Shown: in pieces, positions 23,153 to 33,188 of the stretch
Position numbering within the stretch: position 1 is the stretch's first letter
Layout: the number at the start of each line of letters is the position of its first letter
NCBI GenBank assembly: GCA_965261545.1
Contig: CBDHDF010000006.1
Span: forward strand, 128,001-192,000
Source: Bdellovibrionales bacterium
GTDB taxonomy: Bacteria; Bdellovibrionota; Bdellovibrionia; Bdellovibrionales; UBA1609
Direction of reading: 5' to 3'
Length of the DNA stretch: 64,000 bases
Translations under genes and position numbers: made by a program
Notes under the pieces: generated by a model
Seen by the model: only the letters and a program-made list of their open reading frames with translations
What the model was told of the DNA's origin: nothing
The model's database searches: none

Positions 23153-26100
23153 ATGAAAACAATGAAAATAAAGTTTTTATCCTTAAAGTTAGTAATTATC
23201 ATTACAACCATTATAACAACGACAACGACTCGTATTGTTTGGGCTGATACAGCCGATACGTCCAATATCGACATCGTTGATTTATCCTCCTACCCCCTCT
23301 ACCCATTGAGAAAAGACTTGGGTGAAAACTTAATTGCTGGCGAGAAAGAAAGTGTCGAACGCTCTGTTAAAGCGACAGATATCCTCATAAAAAAAAGATG
23401 GCAAGAAGATGGTTTTGCAGGACGAGGAGACCACAGTAAGTCCCATGGATGTTATCCATCGAAGTTTAAAGTACTGCCCAATCTACCTGAGGAATATAGG
23501 GCTGGAATTGGTAAAAAAGAGAACCAAGGAAAAGTATTTTTTTCAGTGGCACGTCTTTCTAATCAAACAACTCCCGATGTGCCTGACATAAGGGCTCCCT
23601 CTTTAGGATTTGTCTTAAAAGTATTTCTAGACAAGGACGAGAAGGACCCCACATTGCTACCAATACATTTTTCGGAGGAAATCAAAACACAGGATTTTCT
23701 CACTGGTTCCAGTCAAACTTTCATGATGCCCAATATCAACGCCTATGCAAACCTTTTTGTAAATCGTTCCAAAGGTATTTTGGGAAAGATTTTAATCGCA
23801 CTGAGACATCCCATCATTGTCTATGAGAGAAAAATAAAACCAATGTTTTTTGATCATACAAACTCCCTCGTTGCTCTTGAGAGAACATTTTGGTCTCCAG
23901 CCCCCTATGCTTGGGGGGATCGGGCTGCAAAATATAGGTTCACCCCCTGTCATGACTTTAATAGGAGTGAATTGGGAGAAGACCATGTAGATAAACCCAA
24001 CTACCAACAAGATAGCATCAAAAAATTTCTTTCTGAAAAAAGCATCTGCTATAACTTAGAGGTTCAACTGAGACCTGCGAGTCACACGGATTCTGTACAC
24101 CATGATAAAAATTTTCCTATCGAAGATGCTTCTATCTTTTGGCCCACAGATCAAGCTAAATATCACGCTGTGGCTCAACTTACTATTCAAAAGGAAACTT
24201 TACCCCTTTTAGATGAAGAATGTGAGTCCTTGTCCTACAACCCATGGCACGGGTTGAAGGCCCATCAACCTCTAGGAAATCTCAATAGAGGTCGACTGTC
24301 TGTGTATAAACAAAGTTTTCTCTCCAGAAAGAAACTTTATAGCGAGCGTTTAAACTATGATGGCAGCTATGATATCTTTAAGAAGTATGTCTTGAGTTTT
24401 CCATTGTTTAACAAATATGGAGACCTCATCATGCAAATATCTAAAGAGCGTGAAGATCTCATGAAGAAAAATTTATTTGATACAGGATTAGACACAAACA
24501 ATGGTGAGATTGACTGCGATAAGGTGATGGCTCAACCCCATAGAACCGCTGAGGGAGTGTGTTATTTTCACGGCCTTCAAGTTGACGTAGGGTATGGGGA
24601 ATCAAAAAATACCACTTATGTGGGAAGCAATAAGGCTCGTATCGGGCGGAATATGCGCCCGCCTAAAGATGAAGAATTAAAATCTATGGAAGAAAATCTT
24701 CTTTCGCCCAATCCTCGACAAATTAGTAAAGAGCTTTTTACTCGCAAAGAGGGGTTCATTCCAGCAACAACCATCAATCTTTTGGCTGCAGCTTGGCTTC
24801 AAGCACAGAATCATGATTGGTTTTCCCACGGAAAAAATGTCGCCACTCGTCCTTCAAAAAAAAATGGAGGGAATCAATTATCTGAAGAGCAAAAAAAGAT
24901 GTTTGATCCTATTTTGGTTCCTCCCGTTCCTGGAGACGATTTATTTCCCCATGGAATGTTAGCTCCTCGCACGCGCCCCGATTTTAGTCAAACTCCTCAG
25001 CCGGGGTATTTTTCCACAGTTCCCCGTAAGTATAGTAAGCATTACGATAATGACTATAAGCGTGAATACCCTCGAACTTTTCGCAATGTTGTCACTCACT
25101 GGTGGGATGCTTCCCAGATCTATGGCAGTGATGCTCAAACGATTTTAAAGGTTCGCACCAATCCGCTTACTGGAGAGCTTTTGCCAAATGGTCAAATTGC
25201 CGTGGATAAAGTTCACCGCCGCCTCTATTACGATAAAAACAATCGTCCTATTACAGGCTTTTCAGATAACTGGTGGGTGGGTCTTGAACTGTTTCACTCC
25301 TTATTTGCCATGGAACATAATGCGGTGACAGACAGGCTTTCTAAAGCCTATCCAGACATGACTGATGAGTCTTTATTCAATACAGCTCGTCTTGTTGTAT
25401 CCGCATTGATTGCAAAGATTCACACTATTGAGTGGACACCGGCTCTTTTGGACAATCGAGCCTTACATGTTGGAATGCGAGCCAACTGGTATGGCTTGGG
25501 AGAGCCCATCAAATTTTTGAACAAAGAATGGCTTGAACGGGTTGTCAGAAATCTATCTGATAGATTTGGACATGCCATTTATGGAGCTACAGGAGAAGGC
25601 TCTCTACATCTTTATGATATTCCCTTTTCGTTGACAGAGGAGTTTGTCGCTGTTTATCGAATGCATCCTTTGATTCCCGATGATTTTATTATTTATGACC
25701 ATAATGATGGTCAAGAAGCAGGCCGAATTCCCATCAATGACACTCGCGATGAAAAGGCTAAGGAATTGAGCTATGAATCTTCATCATCTCCCCTCTCCCT
25801 TTTGTACTCCCTAGGTGTAAATCACCCAGGGGCGCTGACGCTACACAATTTTCCCAAATTCATGCAAAACATCAGTGTTTCAAATAACACTGAAAATAAG
25901 CCTACAGTGAGCTTTGATCTTGCGGCTCTTGATGTTCTCAGAGATCGTGAGCGACTTGTGCCACGCTACAACGAGTTCCGCAGACAGCTTCGTTTAAAGC
26001 CTATCCAAACATTCTCTGATTTAACAAATAATAAGGAAGACGTTGCTTTGTTGGAGAAGATTTATGGGGGAGATGTAGAAAAATTGGATTTATTGGTGGG

Positions 26101-26395
26101 TTCTCTTGCAGAAAATGATCGTTATGAAAGGTTTGCCTTTGGAAATACTCCTTTTTACATCTTTGCTCTTATGGCATCTCGCCGTTTGATGGCAGACCCT
26201 TTCTACTCGGATTATTTTACACCAGAGTTTTACACCCAGGTGGGCTATGATTGGGTTCAGAGTGAAACAATGATAAATGTGATTGTGAGGCACTATCCTG
26301 AACTTGAGGAAGCCTTCCAAGGAGTTGCCAATGCCTTCTATCCTTGGTCACAGCCACACACTGAAGAGTTACCAACTTCGCCATCTGAAAAGTAA
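23153..26395 (+). CDS. secreted fusion: catalase-related hemoprotein domain plus alpha-dioxygenase-like heme peroxidase domain
   Basis: Signal peptide ending IVWA; RGDHSKSHGC, ARLSN, HQPLGNLNRGRLSVY (catalase-like); WLQAQNHDW, THWWDASQIYG, IAKIHTIEWTP, EEFVAVYRMHPL, RDRER.VPRYNEFRR, ASRRLMADPF (alpha-DOX-like); AGGAG RBS before ATG 23153. Confidence 0.85.
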   Translation: MKTMKIKFLSLKLVIIITTIITTTTTRIVWADTADTSNIDIVDLSSYPLYPLRKDLGENLIAGEKESVERSVKATDILIKKRWQEDGFAGRGDHSKSHGCYPSKFKVLPNLPEEYRAGIGKKENQGKVFFSVARLSNQTTPDVPDIRAPSLGFVLKVFLDKDEKDPTLLPIHFSEEIKTQDFLTGSSQTFMMPNINAYANLFVNRSKGILGKILIALRHPIIVYERKIKPMFFDHTNSLVALERTFWSPAPYAWGDRAAKYRFTPCHDFNRSELGEDHVDKPNYQQDSIKKFLSEKSICYNLEVQLRPASHTDSVHHDKNFPIEDASIFWPTDQAKYHAVAQLTIQKETLPLLDEECESLSYNPWHGLKAHQPLGNLNRGRLSVYKQSFLSRKKLYSERLNYDGSYDIFKKYVLSFPLFNKYGDLIMQISKEREDLMKKNLFDTGLDTNNGEIDCDKVMAQPHRTAEGVCYFHGLQVDVGYGESKNTTYVGSNKARIGRNMRPPKDEELKSMEENLLSPNPRQISKELFTRKEGFIPATTINLLAAAWLQAQNHDWFSHGKNVATRPSKKNGGNQLSEEQKKMFDPILVPPVPGDDLFPHGMLAPRTRPDFSQTPQPGYFSTVPRKYSKHYDNDYKREYPRTFRNVVTHWWDASQIYGSDAQTILKVRTNPLTGELLPNGQIAVDKVHRRLYYDKNNRPITGFSDNWWVGLELFHSLFAMEHNAVTDRLSKAYPDMTDESLFNTARLVVSALIAKIHTIEWTPALLDNRALHVGMRANWYGLGEPIKFLNKEWLERVVRNLSDRFGHAIYGATGEGSLHLYDIPFSLTEEFVAVYRMHPLIPDDFIIYDHNDGQEAGRIPINDTRDEKAKELSYESSSSPLSLLYSLGVNHPGALTLHNFPKFMQNISVSNNTENKPTVSFDLAALDVLRDRERLVPRYNEFRRQLRLKPIQTFSDLTNNKEDVALLEKIYGGDVEKLDLLVGSLAENDRYERFAFGNTPFYIFALMASRRLMADPFYSDYFTPEFYTQVGYDWVQSETMINVIVRHYPELEEAFQGVANAFYPWSQPHTEELPTSPSEK

Positions 26396-26466
26396 AAGTA
26401 GCCGACCATGGTCGTATTGGGTCATAAGTAAACGACACCAAGGAGCGGTTTGTCATTTTGCTCATC

Positions 26467-27144
26467 TTATGCCACCTCCTTGATATTTTCCTGTCGTACT
26501 AATTTGAAAAACTCTTTAAGTTTTAGTTCAAGTCCCCTCTTTAGCTCAAAGGGGTTGAGTTCAGCTTTACGCCTCCTCAGTGCTTCATCCTCCTCATGGT
26601 TTAATACCCCACTTTCAATAACTCTCTGATAGGGAGTCTTAGGGGTGCCATACTTTTTCTTGATTCTGGCTCCCACTCGTACCTTTTCCTGAAGTTTAAA
26701 TGTGGGGAGAAAGAAGTTCTGGAGGGGACTCCAGTGGTTTTTATAAATGTCATTCATTAAAGGAACTAGCCTTGGATCTTCAAACCTCTCATAGCCAAAC
26801 AATTCTCTGACGTGGGTGAAGTTTTTTTGCTCAATGTAGCAGTTGTCATTCTTTTTGTAGGGGCGAGAACGAGTGAACTTGATGTTAGATAATTGGGTGA
26901 ATTGAAGGACAGGCTTGTTTAAGAACTCACTTCCTGAGTCTGAGTTCATGGCCAGTAGTTTAAAAGGTATAGCTCGGTTAATGTTGTTGATTTGCCTTCT
27001 CACCTCCGTCCCTTTCTTGGTAAACATAGCCCGACACTCTGTCCATGTGGTGTTAATGTCGGTCACTGTAAGAGAGCTGATAAAAGGGCCTTGGGCACTC
27101 GTTCCACAGTGAGCAACCGTATCTGTTTGTATATAACCAGGCCT
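26467..27144 (-). pseudogene. C-terminal half of element A transposase
   Basis: RPGYIQTDTVAHCG, NSDSGSEF, FTRSRPYKKNDNCYIEQKN; joins in frame to 32346-32841. Confidence 0.9.
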
Positions 27145-27248
27145 CAATGCCGTTTCCTTAAGAAAAATCTCTTGAAATCATTAGATAAATCGACAAGAAT
27201 AAGACTTGTTTTATTTTACACCCAACCCTCAACCAAGGAGTAAGTCAC

Positions 27249-27740
27249 ATGCAATCCAATATTGATCTCGAAAGCCCCCAAATGACGAGTTCGCGTCACA
27301 GATGACCATTTTATTCTACCAAAACTTGATTCTTCCTTCAAGCCAGAGCACCTTGTCGATCCAGAAAAACAAAAAAGGAATCGAAAATTTAATCCTCAAA
27401 TTTTCTTTTTTACCATTATCTATCTTATTTCCGGAACAAATTACGAAGGCTACCAAATCGCTCTTAAGACGGTATGGACTCATTTTGGTGACCTGCTTCT
27501 CATGCCAGTCAAAAGCAGTCTCAGCAAGATACGTCAAAGTATTTCTTACCTATTTTTCAAAGATATCTTTGAATCTCTGATTACAGACTACGAACCATTG
27601 AGAAAAACGTTTCATGGTTTTTATATCTATGCCATAGATGGCGACCAATTAGCACTTTCTCGCTCTAAAGATCTTTTAAAGGAGGGTTATTGTGGGTACC
27701 CTTGCCCAAATGAGATGGAAACTCATTTCTTACGTATGTA
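27249..27740 (+). pseudogene. N-terminal part of IS4 transposase B (frameshifted near 27284-27302, interrupted at 27740)
   Basis: AAGGAG RBS plus ATG 27249; downstream frame KRNRKF...KSSLSKIRQ...YAIDGD. Confidence 0.8.
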
Positions 27741-27870
27741 CCTGAATTCTACAAAAATGGTAACAAGGTTTAGGTCTAAAGTCTAGAATCTGACTTCAGA
27801 ACAAATATAACGCGGTTTCAGACCTCTTTTGAATTGAAAGAATTCAAAATCCTTGTTACCATTGGTAACA

Positions 27871-28651
27871 ATGTCTTATTTACATGAGCAAAAGAGAAAC
27901 GGTAAAGTTTACGTTTATGAGATACACGGCTATTGGGACTCAAAGAAAAAACAATCTCGCCAAAAAAGAACCTATTTAGGGCGTAAAGATGAGGTCAGCG
28001 GTGAGATTAAAACTAAAAAGAAAAAAGTCCCTATAGGCTCCTATACTGTTGGATCTTTATATTTTCTGAAAGAAATTTGTAAACAATCCAAACTACTTAA
28101 AGTTGTCAAACAAGTTTTTCCTGAGGAATATGAAAAGATTCTTCATTTGTCATGTTTTAAGATTATAAAGAAAGAGCCTTATTATTTTTATAAGTCTTGG
28201 TGTGAAGAGTCTTACGTTTCCAAAGAAATTTCTATGGGATCGACCAAAACTAGTAGACTTTTACACTCTATTGGTCAAGACGAGAAAAAAATAGATATTT
28301 TTTTTACAAATTGGATAAAAGAGCTTAAATCTACTGGCTCTATCCTATTTGATATTACATCTATTTCTTCTTATGGGTCCAAAAATGAATTTTTGGAACG
28401 AGGTTACAATAGAGATGGCGAAAATTTAGAACAAGTAAATTTGGGTTTGATTGCACGAGCTTCCAGCACTAATTCAATAGGCTTACCTTTAGCTTACAGG
28501 GTATACCCTGGCAGTATTACGGATGTAACGACACTGAGGAATGTAACAGATCTTGTGGGTAGATATAAGTTAAATCTTGATATTTTAGTGATGGACAAAG
28601 GGTTTTATAGTCAAGAAAACATAAAGAATATGAACAAACAAGGCTTGAGCT
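27871..28651 (+). pseudogene. N-terminal half of IS1634 transposase C
   Basis: YVYE..YWD..KQSRQKRTYLG, LFDITSISSY, GYNRDGENLEQVNLG, VMDKGFYS. Confidence 0.9.
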
Positions 28652-28678
28652 CATAGGTGTTCGTGGTTTTTTATTCTT

Positions 28679-29923
28679 TCATAGCAAGACCTTTTTAGCC
28701 ATATTCATTGATGTTTTTCGCCGTCGGTAGTTTGTGTCATAAATTTCATGGGAGAATATCTTGATCTTCTCTATCAAAATATTTAAATACTTTTGAGATG
28801 AGCTTAGGAGATATTTGATAAAATCAGAGGCTAATAAGACGGTAACCTTAGCAACTCTTTGAAACGATGTGGAGTCATTTTGTTCCTTATTGAGTTTAGT
28901 TCTTCCTATCCTCAAAACAACACTTGATGTGAGGTGAGCCGCTAATGAAGCAAGAAGAAGACTCTCTATGATATTTTGATCGTTTGAGGTGATCTGATTT
29001 GCATTCAAAGAATTCTTACAAGATTTGAAAATAAGTTCACATTGCCAACGTAAACGATAAATTGGATATATGGACTCCGCTGCCACATCTAAATTCGTGC
29101 AATACCAATGATAGCGTTTTTCGGAGGAATTCCAGAAGCCTACAATTCTCAAACTTACCCATTTACCATTGGACAAGACACTGCCTATAAATTCAACAAC
29201 ATCGTTTTTTTTCTTGAGTTTAATATCAGAGAACTCTTTTCCAACATAGTAATCTGGCAAACCTTCAACAACAGCATCAATAAGAATAGAGGCATTTGAC
29301 TTTACTCTAGACAAGAAAAATCCTTTAGCTTCATGAATAGATGACAATAAGCCATAGTCCCAATATCCCAAATCAAAGATGACTAATTTTCCAACGAGTT
29401 CCTTTATATCAGGAAAGCACTTCCTATCGTTAGTGGAAGACGGAGTTAATTCGAACCAAGTCATTATACCACTGAATAAACTGAAACAAGCGTGCCATTT
29501 AATTCCTGCGTTTGTTCTTGTCCCTGGAAAATTCTCAGATGCTCCATCCCAAAGGCTTATTGTGCTTGAGTCAACAAGAAGAACGTCTGAGACTCCCAGT
29601 TGTAATAATATGGCTTTGCTCCCATGAAAAGCTCCATGAGATAGCTTTATCATGAGCATTTCAACCAGTTTACTCAGAAGCTCTTTTAATCTTTTTCTAG
29701 AGAGTCTTTCCCAGAAGCTGTGTCTTTCAATTCTTAATCCTAAATGACTTATCATAAACCTCCTAATTCCCTCTATTGAATATGTCTTAGAGTCTCCCTG
29801 GAATGACAAGACAAGAGCCACAATAAACTCAAGAGGTGGAATGGTTGCCCGAGAGTCCTTTTCAGGAATAACTTTCTTGAAACATTTTTTGATCGTTTTA
29901 AGTGTTTGAGCTTCCGTGCTCAT
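28679..29923 (-). CDS. IS4-family transposase of element D
   Basis: LLVDSSTI, IFDLGY, YRLRWQCELIFK (YREK motif). Confidence 0.93.
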   Translation of the reverse strand: MSTEAQTLKTIKKCFKKVIPEKDSRATIPPLEFIVALVLSFQGDSKTYSIEGIRRFMISHLGLRIERHSFWERLSRKRLKELLSKLVEMLMIKLSHGAFHGSKAILLQLGVSDVLLVDSSTISLWDGASENFPGTRTNAGIKWHACFSLFSGIMTWFELTPSSTNDRKCFPDIKELVGKLVIFDLGYWDYGLLSSIHEAKGFFLSRVKSNASILIDAVVEGLPDYYVGKEFSDIKLKKKNDVVEFIGSVLSNGKWVSLRIVGFWNSSEKRYHWYCTNLDVAAESIYPIYRLRWQCELIFKSCKNSLNANQITSNDQNIIESLLLASLAAHLTSSVVLRIGRTKLNKEQNDSTSFQRVAKVTVLLASDFIKYLLSSSQKYLNILIEKIKIFSHEIYDTNYRRRKTSMNMAKKVLL

Positions 29924-30067
29924 ATTTGCCCCCTGCGTTTAAAAAATAAAAATTTCCTCCAATTAATCTTGACCTATTAAGATACTAACGCGAGAATCAT
30001 TAAGTCTGTAGATAACTCACTTGTATCTATGCGGATTCATTGTATTCGACAGGAGCAAAAAATAGCA

Positions 30068-30493
30068 ATGATTTTTGGACTTTTAATATTACTTTCTTTG
30101 GGATCCTTTATATCTCTTCTTATTTCCTTATTGGTATTTGGATTTGGTTATTTACTGGCACTCATCCTCCCATTAACTCAGATGCAAGCATCTTCTTTGT
30201 TTTTTGCTTCACTCACACTTTTGGTTCTTACATGTATTTTTATGATGCTCATATCTCAATTTAAAAATCGTTACTTTCACCAGAATCTAGGAGATATTCT
30301 TTTTGATAATTTGGATGAGGATTTGGAAGATGAAAAGCAAAAAAAAATTGTAACTGAAGATATGTCTGCATCACAGCAGAAAAATGACCAAAGCGAAAAA
30401 ATTGGAAGAAATCAATCCTGTCCATGCGGAAGTGGAAAGAAATTTAAATTCTGTTGTTCCCAAAAGTCCACAGTTCTTTCGTTACACAATTAA
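30068..30493 (+). CDS. passenger membrane protein with C-terminal SEC-C zinc motif
   Basis: Hydrophobic N-terminus, acidic linker, KIGRNQSCPCGSGKKFKFCC; ORF opens at 30029, AGGAG precedes ATG 30068. Confidence 0.8.
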   Translation: MIFGLLILLSLGSFISLLISLLVFGFGYLLALILPLTQMQASSLFFASLTLLVLTCIFMMLISQFKNRYFHQNLGDILFDNLDEDLEDEKQKKIVTEDMSASQQKNDQSEKIGRNQSCPCGSGKKFKFCCSQKSTVLSLHN

Positions 30494-30669
30494 GTCTCTT
30501 AAAACACATGGCTTGTCGTGGATATCAAATGTCAATCTGCGTCCATTTCTCAAAATACCATCTATAAATATTTATAAATCGCCCACTTCCCTCTATGTAA
30601 AAAAGGAGGCTTGAAAAGTATTTCCATTAATTCGGAATTAAAATTAGAAAAAAACCACGAACACCTATG

Positions 30670-31482
30670 GGCTTGAGCTATATAGTTCCTATGAGCTTCA
30701 GCACTCAGAAATCTAAAGAAATTTTATTTGACTTGCATGACAAGTTATTATCTCCTGGATCATTATTTGCTTTCTATGAGCAAGTATACTCCTACTCTAA
30801 GAAAGAAATAGAAATTGGAAGTGAAAGTTGTATGGCTCATGTTTTTTTAGAAGGTAAGAGGCGGTCTGATCAGGAGTCTATTTTTATAAGAAAGATATCA
30901 GATTTAGAAAATCTTTTTTTAGAAAAAAATTTTTCAAGTAAGGATGATGCATCTCTTTATTTGAAAGAGACATTAAAAACTAAGAAAAATTTTTTTTTCA
31001 TTGAAGAATCCGAGAATAAATTTGTAATTGAGAGAAACCTCAATGTTTTTCGAGATGAGATGATAAAGATGGGCTGCTTGATTCTCATCACTAATAACAT
31101 TCAAATGGATCGGGATGAAATTTTAAGATTATATAGAAGAAAAGATTGTGTAGAAAAGGTTTTTCGTGCTTTTAAGCATGACATAGATGAGAAAAGAAAT
31201 AGGACACATTCGTTGATCGCAATGAGAGGAAGTATTTTCATTAATTTTATCTCTTTAATTTTGATTACATGGGTTGATCATGTGATGAAGAAAAATGAGC
31301 TATACAAAAAAATGACAAAAGCCGAACTTTATAAGATATTAGACCGTCTCAAGTTGTATGAGCTAGCCACAGGCACTCCCATACTTGGTGAAGTGTCAAA
31401 AAAGCAAAAAGATATTTTGAAGGCGTTCAATGTAAGTACAAATATTAATCCCAGCCGTCGCTTCACAATGTCAGGACCTTAG
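30670..31482 (+). pseudogene. C-terminal half of IS1634 transposase C
   Basis: LITN, LYRRKDCVEKVFRAFK, GSIFINFISL; in frame with 27871-28651 (527 aa rejoined). Confidence 0.9.
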
Positions 31483-31518
31483 GCCAGAATCCTTGTTACC
31501 ATTTTTGTAGAATTCAGG

Positions 31519-32332
31519 TATGTATCTATCTCATGCTTATGACGTTTTATCGGGTGTGACAAAGAATCTTTGCTATTCTCCCGCTCTCAACGAAATCGCC
31601 AATGCTATTCAAATGATAGGTAGTTTTGAGAGTAATAGCATAACTCTCTACGATAGGCTTTATTTATCTACAGAGATTATTAAGGCCCATGCTCAAGCCA
31701 GTAACTTCTTTATTGCGCGTTGTAAGCGAGGCTCTACTTTTATCCCCATCGTAAATTTATTTAATGGCCCAGGTTGGTATTCACAAATGGTTATTGAGGG
31801 GGTGGTCATTCATCTCTATAAGTATAAAAACCCAAAGACTGGGGAGTTCTCTGTTTTGGCCACTAATCTTCCGCATGGCTCCTTGGACAAGAAGGATATG
31901 GTTGCTCTTTACTCTCGTCGTTGGGAAATAGAAACGACATTTCGTGATTTTACATCGACAATGAAAATGGAGCAGTGGCACTCAACAAGCCTTAATGGAA
32001 TATTGCAAGAGCTGTATTCTTATTTTTGGCTCTTCAATTATACAAAGATTCAAATGAGCATAAATGAGGATGAAGACAGTGTGAATCAGTTGGTAAAAAA
32101 TGACTACAAAAAACCTAACTTTAAACTGATTCTTGATTTCATAATGGATAGCATCCCCCTTTTTGTTGCGGGGCTCTATCAGAAATTTAGGAAGCAGATA
32201 AAGTTGCTGATGAAGATTTCAATGGAGAAGAGGAGGCACTTCAAAAGAAGCTATGAAAGGTCTATCAAAAGGGCTGGGAGTTCTTTTAAAAGAAATAGCT
32301 TAACGCAGAGGCAGAGGGGTGTGGTGGCTTAA
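31519..32332 (+). pseudogene. C-terminal part of IS4 transposase B
   Basis: LYDRLY, LATNL, YSRRWEIETTFR; stop lies within right IR. Confidence 0.9.
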
Positions 32333-32345
32333 GGAAACGGCATTG

Positions 32346-32841
32346 AACCAGGCCTTGTGACCTTGGAGTCCAGTGTATTGATGGGAACCTTATTTTTCAT
32401 ATATTGGGCAGGACAGGTTGTGGACAATCCCTTAGAGACCACTGAAGCCAAGCGAATTTCCTTCAGATAACGCTTCAAGGTGCTGGCACTCATTTTTTCT
32501 AACTGAAGCTTTAAGTGGGGAGGACACGACTCATAATTGGGGAGCCAATCCGGTAGAGCGGCTTTTATTCGTACAGCCGAGATTTTTTCCATTTGTTCCC
32601 ACAAATATTTGATGTGGGGTCGTAACTCCTCTTGAGAATAAGCCAGAGGCCTCCCTGACCGCTTGAGTGGCACAGAGCCATTATTTTGTTGAATCTCGTT
32701 TAATCTCCTTATGAGTCGCTTCCTAGAGAGGTTTGTGACCAGTTCCGCATGATCTAGCAACTCCCCTTTTTTAGCCTTAGAACTTTGTTGATATAAGCCT
32801 GAAATTGCAGTTAAGTAAGCATTAACAGCCGACTCCCTCAC
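32346..32841 (-). pseudogene. N-terminal half of element A transposase
   Basis: GTG at 32841 after GAGGGGG; Y..SSK..KG..LD....T.LSRKRLIR.L and MSASTLKRYL; 387 aa when rejoined. Confidence 0.85.
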
Positions 32842-33188
32842 TGAAGACCCCCTCGTTGATTGTTTGTTTCCAAAGATCAATCTTACTGAGAGGATCAACA
32901 GAGGGGTAGCTCGGCTGATCTGTTTTAGAAGGCGTAACAACCGGTGTCTTATTGAGTGAGGGAGTCTCCTCAACGCACATTTTTGACTCAAAAAGAGAAA
33001 AGTGGGAACTCGGTGTCGGAATAATGAGCCAGCCAGGTGGAGGACCATAACCCGGGCACCACGAAGGTGTTTTAATGTGATGCGTCTTGGTGTCGTTATT
33101 TTTGACCCAATTCGGTGCTTGGTGCTATGCAGGGTTTTTCCACCTATGTCATATGCCATGCCCATGAATCTATGCTATAGTTTGCACT

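Larger units (their letters stand above)
28652..30669 (-). mobile_element. IS4-family element D (CAT ends, IS231/ISH8-like), intact, 2018 bp, with passenger gene
   Basis: 21-bp IR CATAGGTGTTCGTGGTTTTTT (28652-28672, 30649-30669); 10-bp TSD GGCTTGAGCT (28642-28651, 30670-30679). Confidence 0.95.
27741..31518 (+). mobile_element. IS1634-family element C (interrupted; 1750 bp reconstructed)
   Basis: Perfect 28-bp IR CCTGAATTCTACAAAAATGGTAACAAGG (27741-27768, 31491-31518); 6-bp TSD TATGTA (27735-27740, 31519-31524). Confidence 0.93.
27145..32345 (+). mobile_element. IS4-family element B (interrupted; 1417 bp reconstructed)
   Basis: Perfect 18-bp IR CAATGCCGTTTCCTTAAG (27145-27162 and 32328-32345); 10-bp TSD AACCAGGCCT (27135-27144, 32346-32355). 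Confidence 0.95.
26413..33114 (-). mobile_element. outer IS (element A; rve/DDE transposase, IS481/ISNCY-like), interrupted; about 1.49 kb when inserts are removed
   Basis: Imperfect IRs CGTATTGGGTCATAAGTAAACGACACCAAG (26413-26442) and CTTGGTGTCGTTATTTTTGACCCAATTCG (33086-33114); exact ends and TSD not resolved. Confidence 0.75.

Noticed and set aside
32842..33165. N-terminal 108 aa of the 278-aa ORF 32329-33165
   Set aside because: It runs across the IS end; transposase-like sequence begins at GTG 32841, which has its own RBS.
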